Source: a virus
Lineage: Duplodnaviria; Caudoviricetes
Length of the DNA stretch: 64,000 bases
Virus record (IMG/VR): IMGVR_UViG_3300033120_001068
Coordinates: 1 to 64,000 of that record
Reading direction: 5' to 3' (one strand)
Shown piece by piece: positions 1-8,660 of this stretch (within the stretch, counting starts at the first letter, position 1; each line of letters begins with the position of its first letter). The position numbers and the translations under genes were made by a program. A model generated the notes under the pieces. The model saw nothing but the letters and a program-made list of their open reading frames with translations, had not been told where the DNA came from and made no database searches.

Positions 1-3
1 TCA

Positions 4-264
4 ATGTTCCTTGACTTTAAAGGAGATGGTCATTGTAAATCAGAAAAAATAAGAATTCCAGTTGGTTGTGAAAAAGCAGGAGAATATGTCTCAACTTGTA
101 TTTTCTTAAACCCTTCTTCTGCAATGATGGAAAAAAGAGACATTGAAAACAGACTACTTTTTGACTCACCAATCAAGCCAGATATTCCAAAATTTCCTGA
201 GGACAGAATAGAAAAAGGAGAAACTGGTTATAGTCAGTGTAAGGGTAAAAGAAAGTTCTTGTAA
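4..264 (+). CDS. hypothetical protein (may be 5'-truncated by window edge)
   Basis: ORF track; same strand as all neighbours; no motif recognised. Confidence 0.4.
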   Translation: MFLDFKGDGHCKSEKIRIPVGCEKAGEYVSTCIFLNPSSAMMEKRDIENRLLFDSPIKPDIPKFPEDRIEKGETGYSQCKGKRKFL

Positions 265-275
265 AAGTTTACCAG

Positions 276-830
276 ATGAGTAAAGAACTTAATGTCAAAA
301 TCAAACCAATAAGGAAAGGTTGGGTGATTGATTTATCTAAGATAGAGGAAGGATATTTGTATGAAGAAAAGACTGTTTCTACCAATACCATAAATGAGGC
401 AAAAACTAAATTACTTAATGAATTTAAATATGAGGGTTTAAGTGTATTAGGGGGTGAGGAATTAACTTATTTAAACATACCAGTTATAAGACATAAAGGG
501 TCAGATGTTTTTTTATTTGAAGGTAAAGAAAAGACTTTTTCTCAAATAACCAAACTACTTGAAGAAAAGGAGAGGGAGGAAGAATTAGACAAGATCTTAA
601 AAGACAATTCAATTAAATACTGTTATATCACAAAAAGAGGGTACCATTATAAATCAAACATGATGGGGTATACTGACTTTAGAATTTTTGCAGGAACTTA
701 CCTTAAAGAAATTGCAGTCAACCATGCCAAGTCAGTAAGAGAGGTTGTTCTTATTCCAATTGATATAGTTGAACATAATGAACTTATAAACAACCATATC
801 AATGAATTTAAATCAAGACTCTTAGAATAA
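276..830 (+). CDS. hypothetical phage protein
   Basis: 184-aa ORF; stop overlaps next ATG (TAATG coupling). Confidence 0.7.
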   Translation: MSKELNVKIKPIRKGWVIDLSKIEEGYLYEEKTVSTNTINEAKTKLLNEFKYEGLSVLGGEELTYLNIPVIRHKGSDVFLFEGKEKTFSQITKLLEEKEREEELDKILKDNSIKYCYITKRGYHYKSNMMGYTDFRIFAGTYLKEIAVNHAKSVREVVLIPIDIVEHNELINNHINEFKSRLLE

Positions 831-1063
831 TGGATTCACTTAAAAAAATAGAAATTGAGGAAGCAGAGATTATAGAAATCAAAGCCTTTGAGGTTTTGAA
901 AGAATTCTCTATCACCACCCCTTTAATCACAGTAACTTTCAGGAAAGGCTTAACTTTTCAAAGAGTTATTGATATGGAAGGAGATTATTTCAGTGAAGGT
1001 TTATATATTGTAAACCAAAGTGCCTTTGAGACCAATACAGAATATTTTAAACCAATTTATTAA
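830..1063 (+). CDS. hypothetical protein
   Basis: 77-aa ORF translationally coupled to the upstream gene. Confidence 0.6.
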   Translation: MDSLKKIEIEEAEIIEIKAFEVLKEFSITTPLITVTFRKGLTFQRVIDMEGDYFSEGLYIVNQSAFETNTEYFKPIY

Positions 1064-1155
1064 AGAGAGGTAAAAGAAGAAATTTAAAGTCAACTTGAAA
1101 AAAACAATTAAATTACTTAACTTTAAATTCTATTTATTCAAATAAAGGAACAGTT

Positions 1156-1506
1156 ATGAAAAACAAAATTATTAATGAAGAAGTAAAAGAGATGATTGGT
1201 GAGGTGTTGAAAGAGCCACTAAGTCAGATTTTACAATTCTTGAAAAAGGAGGCAGGAAATGCTATTGCAAGATTGGTGACAAAGAAAGATGGTAAATTGT
1301 TCCTTCCTTGGAGAAACAGGCAAGACAAACAAATTGTAGAACTTAAATCTGAGATTGTTAAACTTAACCAAAAACTATCAGTACTTTGTGAGTCAGTTGA
1401 TAAAGCTTTTCATTCCACCAACAAAGAAATAGAAGATTTCTGTAAAGAATGTCTTGAAGGAGAGGAGGAAGTAATTTTGGAACAAGAAGAACAAGACAGT
1501 CAATAA
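1156..1506 (+). CDS. hypothetical protein (coiled coil, acidic C-terminus)
   Basis: 116-aa ORF preceded by TAACTTTA at 1118-1125. Confidence 0.65.
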   Translation: MKNKIINEEVKEMIGEVLKEPLSQILQFLKKEAGNAIARLVTKKDGKLFLPWRNRQDKQIVELKSEIVKLNQKLSVLCESVDKAFHSTNKEIEDFCKECLEGEEEVILEQEEQDSQ

Positions 1507-1566
1507 TATTAAAAAGTCCTTAACAGGCGAGTTCTTAAAATACTTTTAATAGTAATATTTGTATTT

Positions 1567-1600
1567 ATCCCTTAATTTAAATTGTGTTAAGGGATTTTTA
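1567..1600 (+). terminator. probable intrinsic terminator
   Basis: ATCCCTTAA / TTAAGGGAT inverted repeat followed by a T-run. Confidence 0.6.
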
Positions 1601-1674
1601 TTTTCCTCCTTGGTGATATATTCGCAAAAAAGGAGGATTAGAAATATTTATCAAAATTTAATTAAATTTACAAA

Positions 1675-2181
1675 ATGGATATAGAAATATACTTTGATGG
1701 TGCTTGCCACAATATTCCGAACCAGAAAAATAAGTTTGGTGTTGGTGTTGCAGTTTATGTAGATAAGGAATACTCTCCCATCTTATCAAAAGCATTACCT
1801 GGTAAAGATGGAACTTCTAATATTTCTGAATGGTTTGGTTTACTTGAAACTATAAAGTCAATAAAGGACTTAGAAAGTAGATGTAAGGTGATTAAACAGA
1901 AGATAGGAAAAGTATCAGTATATGGAGATTCACAATTAATAGTAAATCAGTATAATGGAGTTTTTCAAGTGAAAGATGAAGATTTAAAAATACTTTCAAA
2001 AGAGGTTTTTAAAGAAATCAAAACCCTTGAAAACAAAATAACTGTTTCTTGGATTCCAAGAGAAAATAACACTAAGGCAGATGAGTTATCAAAAATAGGG
2101 ATTGAAAGAGCAAGAGATGATAATTATATTCTTGTTATAAAACCACTAACCCTTGATACTTTTAAAAATAAAACTGAATAA
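1675..2181 (+). CDS. rnhA: ribonuclease HI
   Basis: YFDGAC, NISEW, YGDSQL and RENNTKADELS match the RNase HI D-E-D-D acidic catalytic motifs. Confidence 0.9.
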   Translation: MDIEIYFDGACHNIPNQKNKFGVGVAVYVDKEYSPILSKALPGKDGTSNISEWFGLLETIKSIKDLESRCKVIKQKIGKVSVYGDSQLIVNQYNGVFQVKDEDLKILSKEVFKEIKTLENKITVSWIPRENNTKADELSKIGIERARDDNYILVIKPLTLDTFKNKTE

Positions 2182-2189
2182 TTGCATTT

Positions 2190-2837
2190 ATGAAAATAGC
2201 AGAAGAAGAAATTGAGGTGACCAATCCAACTGACCAACTTTCAAATATGGAAGTCTTATTGGCATGGTTAGAAGAAAAAGAGAATAAAATAATGTTAACC
2301 ACAAAAGCAAGGGAATATTCATTTATCTTCCAAGGCTGGTTTCATTTAAAGAGTTTCATGAAAACCACAAAGTTTGATATTGATGCTTCTTTACAAATGT
2401 TGAACTTATTGAAACTTACTGGTAACCTTGTTGCAAAGATTCATAAAAGTGGAAAATATGAGGAGTATAAAATAACTTTAGATCCTCAGACTAAACTGTA
2501 TGTTCTTAAAAATGAACTATCTAAACTTGTTCTTCAAATGGAACATTTAGAAAAAGAATTAGATGGTTTTAAGAAGGAAGGAGTATTCAATTTAGGAGAA
2601 AGAATTATAATTCCAAAATATTTCTTTAAGACAGTAGAAAGTCATGGAGATGAACTTAAACTAATTGGGGATTCAATTGAAGAAAGTTTAAAGTATCATG
2701 GTAAAAAAGGAACTGTCTGCTATCTTAATGAAGAGGAAGGAATAATGAAAGTAATTGCTGATATAAATCGAGAGGAAGGAATAATTGTCTTAGGAGGATA
2801 TTTCAGTAATGAAATCTATCCAAGTAAAGGCAAATAA
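2190..2837 (+). CDS. hypothetical protein
   Basis: 215-aa ORF, no recognised motif. Confidence 0.7.
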   Translation: MKIAEEEIEVTNPTDQLSNMEVLLAWLEEKENKIMLTTKAREYSFIFQGWFHLKSFMKTTKFDIDASLQMLNLLKLTGNLVAKIHKSGKYEEYKITLDPQTKLYVLKNELSKLVLQMEHLEKELDGFKKEGVFNLGERIIIPKYFFKTVESHGDELKLIGDSIEESLKYHGKKGTVCYLNEEEGIMKVIADINREEGIIVLGGYFSNEIYPSKGK

Positions 2838-2868
2838 CTTCCTTTAAAATAATTATATTTAGTTCTAT

Positions 2869-4485
2869 ATGTTAAATGAAATCCAATCTATTGAGCAACT
2901 CAATGAATATAAGCAAAAACTTACCATTCAAGAAGGCTTGATGGTTAAAAAGGCATTTGAGAGTAGTGATATAAATGAAATATACAAGGCACAAAGATAC
3001 CTTGCTTCAAAAATTACTCAGAAGGATGACTCAGAAGGGAGAGCAATGTTATTTGACCCTTTGGAAATCACAAGATCTCAAGGATATAGAAACAAGAGAT
3101 TTTCGGTTTCTTATGATATGTTGAGGGCAATGGGAAAAACTGATATTGTTAAAGCAATCATTGAAACCAGAAAAGACCAAGTAAAAGCATTCTGTACTCC
3201 TCAGCCTGATAAATATTCTACTGGTTTCATTATTCAAAAGAAGTCTAAATTTCAGTTAAACAAGGAAGAAAAGAAATTATCAAAACAAGAAGAAGAAAAA
3301 ATAGAATACATTACCAACTTTATTCTTGATTGTGGAAATAATGAGAACTTCTGGGATGGAGATAATTTTGATATTTTTATAGGAAAAATAGTTAGTGATT
3401 CTTTGACATTAGATCAAGCAACTTTTGAAATAATTAGAAATAAAAAAGGGGAAGTGACTCAGTTCTTTGCAACAGATGGAGCAACTTTTAGAATTGCAGA
3501 TTCCTATCAGGATGACGATGCACAGAATGAGAAATTTATAAAAGGGTATCCACCAAGTTATGTCCAGATGTATCAAGGAAAAATAATTTCTGAATACTAT
3601 CCTTGGGAACTTGCTTTTTGTATCAGAAACCCTCAAACTGATATTAGACTAAATGGTTATGGAGTATCAGAATTAGAGGATATGATACAAACAGTGACTG
3701 CTATTCTAAATGCAGGTACTTACAACTCAAACTTCTTTAAAGTTGGTTCGGCACCAAAAGGAATCTTGAAATATACTGGAAACATAAATCCTTCAACCGT
3801 TGAAGATTTTAGAAGGCAATGGACTCAGCAACTTTCAGGAGTTCAAGGGATGCACAAAATCCCTATTATAAATGCAGACAAGTTAGACTTTATAAATACT
3901 CATGTTTCTAATAAAGACATGGAATATATGAAATATGTAGAATTCTTGATAAAGATTTGTTGTGCCATTTATAAAATTGACCCTTCTGAAATAAACTTTC
4001 CAATGGGAGGCTCAGGAGATGCTAAACCAATGTTTGAAGGAAACAATGAAGCAAGACTAAAACATTCAAAAGATAAAGGGTTGAGACCCTTGTTAAAGTC
4101 AATTGAGTCTTGGATAAATAAATGGTTGATTTCTCAGATAGACAAGGATTATGAATTTAGATTTGTAGGTATTGAAAGTGAGAAAGGTGAAAAAGATGAC
4201 TTAGATCTTGATATACAAAAACTATCCAACTTCCAAACTGTTAATGAGATTAGAAAGAAAAGAAACTTGAAAGATGTAGAGGGAGGAGATGTAATTTTAA
4301 ACCCTACTTTTGTTCAAGCAAAAATGCAAGAACAAATGGCAATGATGGGAGGCGGACAAGGAGGAGAAGAAAATGGAATGTTTGATGACCAAGAAGGGAA
4401 TGCAGGAGGTTCTGGTGAGGAAGGAGATGATAGTGAAGAAAATCCATTCTTGAAGGCATTATTAGAAGATAAAAGTTTACTTTAA
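2869..4485 (+). CDS. portal protein
   Basis: Portal-like motifs (DSLTLDQATFEI, YGVSELE, NSNFFKVGSAPKGIL, IDPSEINF, LRPLLKSIESWINK, TVNEIRK); acidic tail; start of the head module. Confidence 0.9.
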   Translation: MLNEIQSIEQLNEYKQKLTIQEGLMVKKAFESSDINEIYKAQRYLASKITQKDDSEGRAMLFDPLEITRSQGYRNKRFSVSYDMLRAMGKTDIVKAIIETRKDQVKAFCTPQPDKYSTGFIIQKKSKFQLNKEEKKLSKQEEEKIEYITNFILDCGNNENFWDGDNFDIFIGKIVSDSLTLDQATFEIIRNKKGEVTQFFATDGATFRIADSYQDDDAQNEKFIKGYPPSYVQMYQGKIISEYYPWELAFCIRNPQTDIRLNGYGVSELEDMIQTVTAILNAGTYNSNFFKVGSAPKGILKYTGNINPSTVEDFRRQWTQQLSGVQGMHKIPIINADKLDFINTHVSNKDMEYMKYVEFLIKICCAIYKIDPSEINFPMGGSGDAKPMFEGNNEARLKHSKDKGLRPLLKSIESWINKWLISQIDKDYEFRFVGIESEKGEKDDLDLDIQKLSNFQTVNEIRKKRNLKDVEGGDVILNPTFVQAKMQEQMAMMGGGQGGEENGMFDDQEGNAGGSGEEGDDSEENPFLKALLEDKSLL

Positions 4486-4497
4486 AAATAATTAGTT

Positions 4498-5007
4498 ATG
4501 GATACAATAGTTAGAAGACTTAAAATTGAAAACTCCCACATAAAGATACTCATGTTTATTTTACTTTTAAATATTACATTCCTTTTTTTAGGACCAACTA
4601 TACAGAAATATATCTTCTCAGATGTATCTTTCTTGCCTTGGTTGGTGCTGGTGATGTTCTTAGATCTCATAACAGGAATCTTGAAAACTGTTCATATTTA
4701 TGGATGGGGAGGAGTTACAAGTTATGGTATAAGAAGGACAGTCAGTAAAGTTATTCAATATAGTGTCTTTTTGATACTATTGAACTTACTTGTAAAATTT
4801 GAAATTGGAGGAGAAGTGGTTTTAAAAGAACTTGTTTGGGTGGTGAAAATAGGACAGCAATTCTTAATATTCATTGAAGCAAAAAGTATAAAAGAGAATT
4901 TAGATGTGGTTAATCCTAAATTCTTATCTTTTAAACACCTAACCACTAAACTATTCCCTTTCCTACATAAAGAAGAAAAAGATGAAGACATTGAAAAAGA
5001 GGATTAA
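4498..5007 (+). CDS. holin (phage holin family 4-like)
   Basis: Several TM segments; DLITGILK...TSYGIRRTVSKVIQY pattern; charged C-tail; next to endolysin. Confidence 0.75.
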   Translation: MDTIVRRLKIENSHIKILMFILLLNITFLFLGPTIQKYIFSDVSFLPWLVLVMFLDLITGILKTVHIYGWGGVTSYGIRRTVSKVIQYSVFLILLNLLVKFEIGGEVVLKELVWVVKIGQQFLIFIEAKSIKENLDVVNPKFLSFKHLTTKLFPFLHKEEKDEDIEKED

Positions 5008-5704
5008 AATACTTATAATTGCAGTTGTACTAATTATACTCTTACTTGTTAATTTTAAGTCATGTTCTGACTTGACTTTTTATAAAGGACAATCAGAAAA
5101 TTTTGAACTGATCTCTAAGTCATGGAAAGATAAATATGACCAGCAGCATTTAGTGACTCAATCAACTGTCTTGGAAAAGCAGGAATTACTAACTAAATAC
5201 AATACACTTTCTTCTGGTTTAAAATTAAAGGAAAAGCAATTGAAGGATTTTAAATTACTTTCTTCAAATACTATTGTAAAAGTTAAACTAAAAACTGATA
5301 CTGTCTACTTTTCTAATCCTGTTTTTATTCATGAAAAAGATTCAACTAATTATATTTCTGATTATTCATTATATTTTTCTTTTAAAGATAATTGGGTAGA
5401 TATTAATGGTGATTTAGGGAATGAAGATTCTATTTCTATTGACATAAAAGACAGCATAGTAATTACTTCTTACACAAAAAGAAAAAGACTACATAAAGAA
5501 ACTTACATTGATGTAGTGAGCAAGAACCCTTATGTTACCCTTACAAACTTAGAATCTTATAGACTTCCACAAGAAAAAGTAATCTTCACCATTGCCCCAA
5601 TGATAGGAGTAGGATATGATTTTTATTCTAAATCTATCTTGCCTTTTGTTGGGGTAGGACTTCAATATCATCCTTTCTCTATAAAGGTGAAGAAAAAGAA
5701 ATAA
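4982..5704 (+). CDS. spanin-like lysis accessory protein
   Basis: N-terminal hydrophobic anchor ending in KSC (possible lipoprotein Cys), coiled coil, C-terminal GVGY...FVGVGLQY segment; lies between holin and endolysin. Confidence 0.5.
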   Translation: MKTLKKRIKILIIAVVLIILLLVNFKSCSDLTFYKGQSENFELISKSWKDKYDQQHLVTQSTVLEKQELLTKYNTLSSGLKLKEKQLKDFKLLSSNTIVKVKLKTDTVYFSNPVFIHEKDSTNYISDYSLYFSFKDNWVDINGDLGNEDSISIDIKDSIVITSYTKRKRLHKETYIDVVSKNPYVTLTNLESYRLPQEKVIFTIAPMIGVGYDFYSKSILPFVGVGLQYHPFSIKVKKKK

Positions 5705-5738
5705 ATTATTAACTTTATAGTACATAAAATTAGCAATA

Positions 5739-6479
5739 ATGAGAACAGTATTTTTATCAGCAGGACATACTAATAATCCAAAGAGGGATATGGGTGCTAT
5801 GTCAGTTTATGGAACAGAAGGGGAGGAAACAGTTTTATTTAGAGGAAGATTATCAAATAAACTTAAATCCCTAAATGTACCAGTTGTATCTGATTATGAT
5901 GATTCTACCTTATCTCAATCTCTTGCATATTTCAAAAACCTTACAAGTTCAAAAAGTATAGTTGTTGACATTCATTTCAATTCCTCCTCCAGTAATAAAG
6001 CAACAGGAGTTGAGGTCTTGATACCAAAAGACAATACTGATTTTGAAAGACAATTAGGCTCTACCGTCTCTATTGCAATTGGTAAAATCTTGATGATACC
6101 AGTGAGAGGATTATATAGAGGGTTGAGAGGCATTAAAACTGAACTAGAATCCCATCATGGTAGACTTGGATGGATGAACCTTACAGGAGAGAATATCTTG
6201 ATTGAAATTTGCTTTATTTCTAATAAAGATGATATGCAGTCTTATAGAAAAAATCTTGATAAATTGGTAGAGGAGGTTGCTTTGATATTGCAGTCATTCA
6301 GTAATTCTAAAGATGTAACTAATTCTGTAAAGTATCAAGAAGAATACCACATTGTACAACCAGGAGATACTTTATGGAGTATTTCTAGGATAAACAGTAT
6401 AAGTGTTTCTTCATTAAAGAAAATTAATGGTTTACAAGCAGACACTTTAAAAATTGGACAAAAATTAATACTTAAATAA
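5739..6479 (+). CDS. endolysin: N-acetylmuramoyl-L-alanine amidase (Amidase_3) with C-terminal LysM
   Basis: Zn ligands SAGH, EGEE, DIHFN and catalytic LIEICF; LysM YHIVQPGDTLWSIS...LKKINGL. Confidence 0.92.
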   Translation: MRTVFLSAGHTNNPKRDMGAMSVYGTEGEETVLFRGRLSNKLKSLNVPVVSDYDDSTLSQSLAYFKNLTSSKSIVVDIHFNSSSSNKATGVEVLIPKDNTDFERQLGSTVSIAIGKILMIPVRGLYRGLRGIKTELESHHGRLGWMNLTGENILIEICFISNKDDMQSYRKNLDKLVEEVALILQSFSNSKDVTNSVKYQEEYHIVQPGDTLWSISRINSISVSSLKKINGLQADTLKIGQKLILK

Positions 6480-6480
6480 A

Positions 6481-6894
6481 ATGGAAAATCATATTTTAAA
6501 AAGAAGACAAGAAATTTCTCAAAATATTTCTAAATCCTACAACCAAGATTTTCTTGAAAAAAGTGGAGAAGGAAGTCGAGGAGGAAAAGTTATTGGTCAT
6601 GACAAGAAAGGTAAGCCTATTTATTTTAATGCAAAAGCAGATGCTAATAAGATTCAGAATACTAAAGTGGCTTCTGATGAAAAGAATAAAGATACATCCA
6701 TTTTTGATAAAAAAACTGAAGGAAAGTTGTTTTCTAAGGATGGAGAAGAACTTAATTATAGAGTATATAAAGATGGAGGAGTTAAAATAGAAAGTCTAAA
6801 TTCTAATGAAAACTTTAACACCAAGAAAGAAGCACTTGAATATATTCAGAAGAAAGGTATTAGTCAGAATTCACCACAAAAAAAAAGAAAATAG
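6481..6894 (+). CDS. putative capsid-cargo protein, leader plus module A; probably continues into the GNAT by a -1 shift at an A9 run
   Basis: MENHILKRRQEI leader, FLEK|S site, GEGSRGGKVIGHDKKGKPIY module; ends just after A9 at 6878-6886. Confidence 0.75.
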   Translation: MENHILKRRQEISQNISKSYNQDFLEKSGEGSRGGKVIGHDKKGKPIYFNAKADANKIQNTKVASDEKNKDTSIFDKKTEGKLFSKDGEELNYRVYKDGGVKIESLNSNENFNTKKEALEYIQKKGISQNSPQKKRK

Positions 6895-6986
6895 AAACCA
6901 TTGAACAACTGGAAAAAAGACTTATTGAGAAACACAATTTAAAAACTTTATTTTTATCTGAACATAAAAATAATATTTCTTTAGAT

Positions 6987-7238
6987 ATGGTTGAAGTGTC
7001 TCCAAATGATAGAAATCAAGGAACAGGAACTTCTTTAATGAATGAGTTAGTTAAGTATGCAGATGATAACAATAAAGAAATAAGTTTAATGCCTGGTCTT
7101 CAAGATGATAGAAAAGGAACCACTTCAAGATCCCGTCTTGTTAACTTTTACAAGAGGTTTGGTTTTGTTGAAAATAAAGGGAGAAATAAAGATTTCACAA
7201 AGAAAAGTGGTGGAATGTATTATAAACCAAAACAATAA
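6987..7238 (+). CDS. GNAT-family acetyltransferase domain (reading frame open from 6864)
   Basis: Acetyl-CoA motif A RNQGTGTSLM and LVNFYKRFGF; no stop in frame back to 6864. Confidence 0.8.
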   Translation: MVEVSPNDRNQGTGTSLMNELVKYADDNNKEISLMPGLQDDRKGTTSRSRLVNFYKRFGFVENKGRNKDFTKKSGGMYYKPKQ

Positions 7239-7244
7239 TCTAAA

Positions 7245-8405
7245 ATGGAGAATCACATCTTAAAAAGAAGGCAAGAAATCTGTTCAAATATTTGTTCCAC
7301 TTTTGAAAAAGCAAAAGCTAATATTGGTGAAATTAGAATTTGGGGTGGAGAGAAGTATAAGAAAGTTAATGCAGGAGAATGGGTTAAGTTGGTTGACTCA
7401 AAAGGGATTGAAAAAGAAAAAACAATTGCTCCCTCAGGAATTAATAAAGTTCTAAAAGAAGAACTTAATGAAAAAGAACTTGACTTTAAAAGAAAAGAGG
7501 AAAACTTTGAAAAAGAATGGACCTCTAAAAATGGATTTGGTTTAGCAGGAATTATTTTAAAAGTAAGTTTATCAAGAGCAAAAGAGGCTTCTGAGGAATT
7601 TAATTTAATTGCAAAAGAATATTTCTCTCTTAGAAAAGATTTGACAGATGAGTCAAATGAGGTTAAAGAACTTATAGAAAAAAGACAAAAAGAAAAAAGA
7701 CAAAAAGAAAGTGGGAAAATAGAAATTGATTTAGATGATAATTTATTTAAAGATCTTTTCAAAGATATTACCTCCATTACAAGAAAATATAGTGAGTTAC
7801 CAGTAAGTGTCTCAGCAAAGGTGGCATTAGGATTAAAAGTAAATGCAGATGACTATTGGTTGAGTACCAGTACATCTTTTATGAATCTTTTTTCCTATGA
7901 CTCATTTGAAAGTAAAACAGATGAGAAAGGGGAATGGGTGGATCCAATAGAATTGGAATGGGAAAAATTAAAAAAAGAAAACCCTAAATTAGAACATACT
8001 CATTCTCCTAAATCAACCTCAGAATATTTAGTTGATAGGGAGAAGGGTTTGGTTTATAGGATGGCTGACCATTGGGGGAGGTGTGCTTCTTGCTATTGGG
8101 ATTTTCAAGGAACTCATAGTTATGGGATTGGTGTTTCTAAATTATCAGATTTTGAGAGAAATGATAATGGTTATGGATTTTTAAATCCTGAATTGACTCC
8201 ACTATTAATCTCCTCCTCAAAAACAATTTTTAGAAAAGTAAATAAGGTTTTAGAAAATGAGAAAGTTTATTTAACAAAGCCTTGTTTGAATAAACTTAAA
8301 GTTATTATTGACTCAGTTTCAAGAGATCTAAGGTATAAAATAAATCTTAATATAGAAGAAATTGATAAAATAAAAAAACAATATTCAAAAGTTTTTTTAA
8401 TTTAA
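7245..8405 (+). CDS. putative capsid-cargo protein, leader plus module B plus unknown domain
   Basis: MENHILKRRQEI leader, FEK|A site, IGEIRIWGGEKYKK module; C-terminal RMADHWGRCASCYW motif. Confidence 0.75.
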   Translation: MENHILKRRQEICSNICSTFEKAKANIGEIRIWGGEKYKKVNAGEWVKLVDSKGIEKEKTIAPSGINKVLKEELNEKELDFKRKEENFEKEWTSKNGFGLAGIILKVSLSRAKEASEEFNLIAKEYFSLRKDLTDESNEVKELIEKRQKEKRQKESGKIEIDLDDNLFKDLFKDITSITRKYSELPVSVSAKVALGLKVNADDYWLSTSTSFMNLFSYDSFESKTDEKGEWVDPIELEWEKLKKENPKLEHTHSPKSTSEYLVDREKGLVYRMADHWGRCASCYWDFQGTHSYGIGVSKLSDFERNDNGYGFLNPELTPLLISSSKTIFRKVNKVLENEKVYLTKPCLNKLKVIIDSVSRDLRYKINLNIEEIDKIKKQYSKVFLI

Positions 8406-8426
8406 ACTTCATATCTTAAAAAAGAA

Positions 8427-8648
8427 ATGACAACTTTTCTATCAAATTATAAAATTGAGAAATCAGAAAATGGTACTTTTTTATACAAAAGTAAAGCAGT
8501 CCCTTTTTCTATAAAGAAACCATTCTTCAAGGACAAACCACAGTTTGAGGTGATTTATAAGTTGGAAGATAAAATGAAGGAAAGTGGAAAAAATATGATT
8601 TTATCCACTAAAACTGAAATATTAAAATACTTAAAAACAATAACTTAA
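8427..8648 (+). CDS. hypothetical protein
   Basis: 73-aa ORF filling the gap between genes. Confidence 0.55.
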   Translation: MTTFLSNYKIEKSENGTFLYKSKAVPFSIKKPFFKDKPQFEVIYKLEDKMKESGKNMILSTKTEILKYLKTIT

Positions 8649-8660
8649 AATAAATCGAAT

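Noticed and set aside
1-2868. Terminase large subunit expected upstream of the portal
   Set aside because: No Walker or nuclease terminase motifs in these ORFs; it presumably lies outside the window
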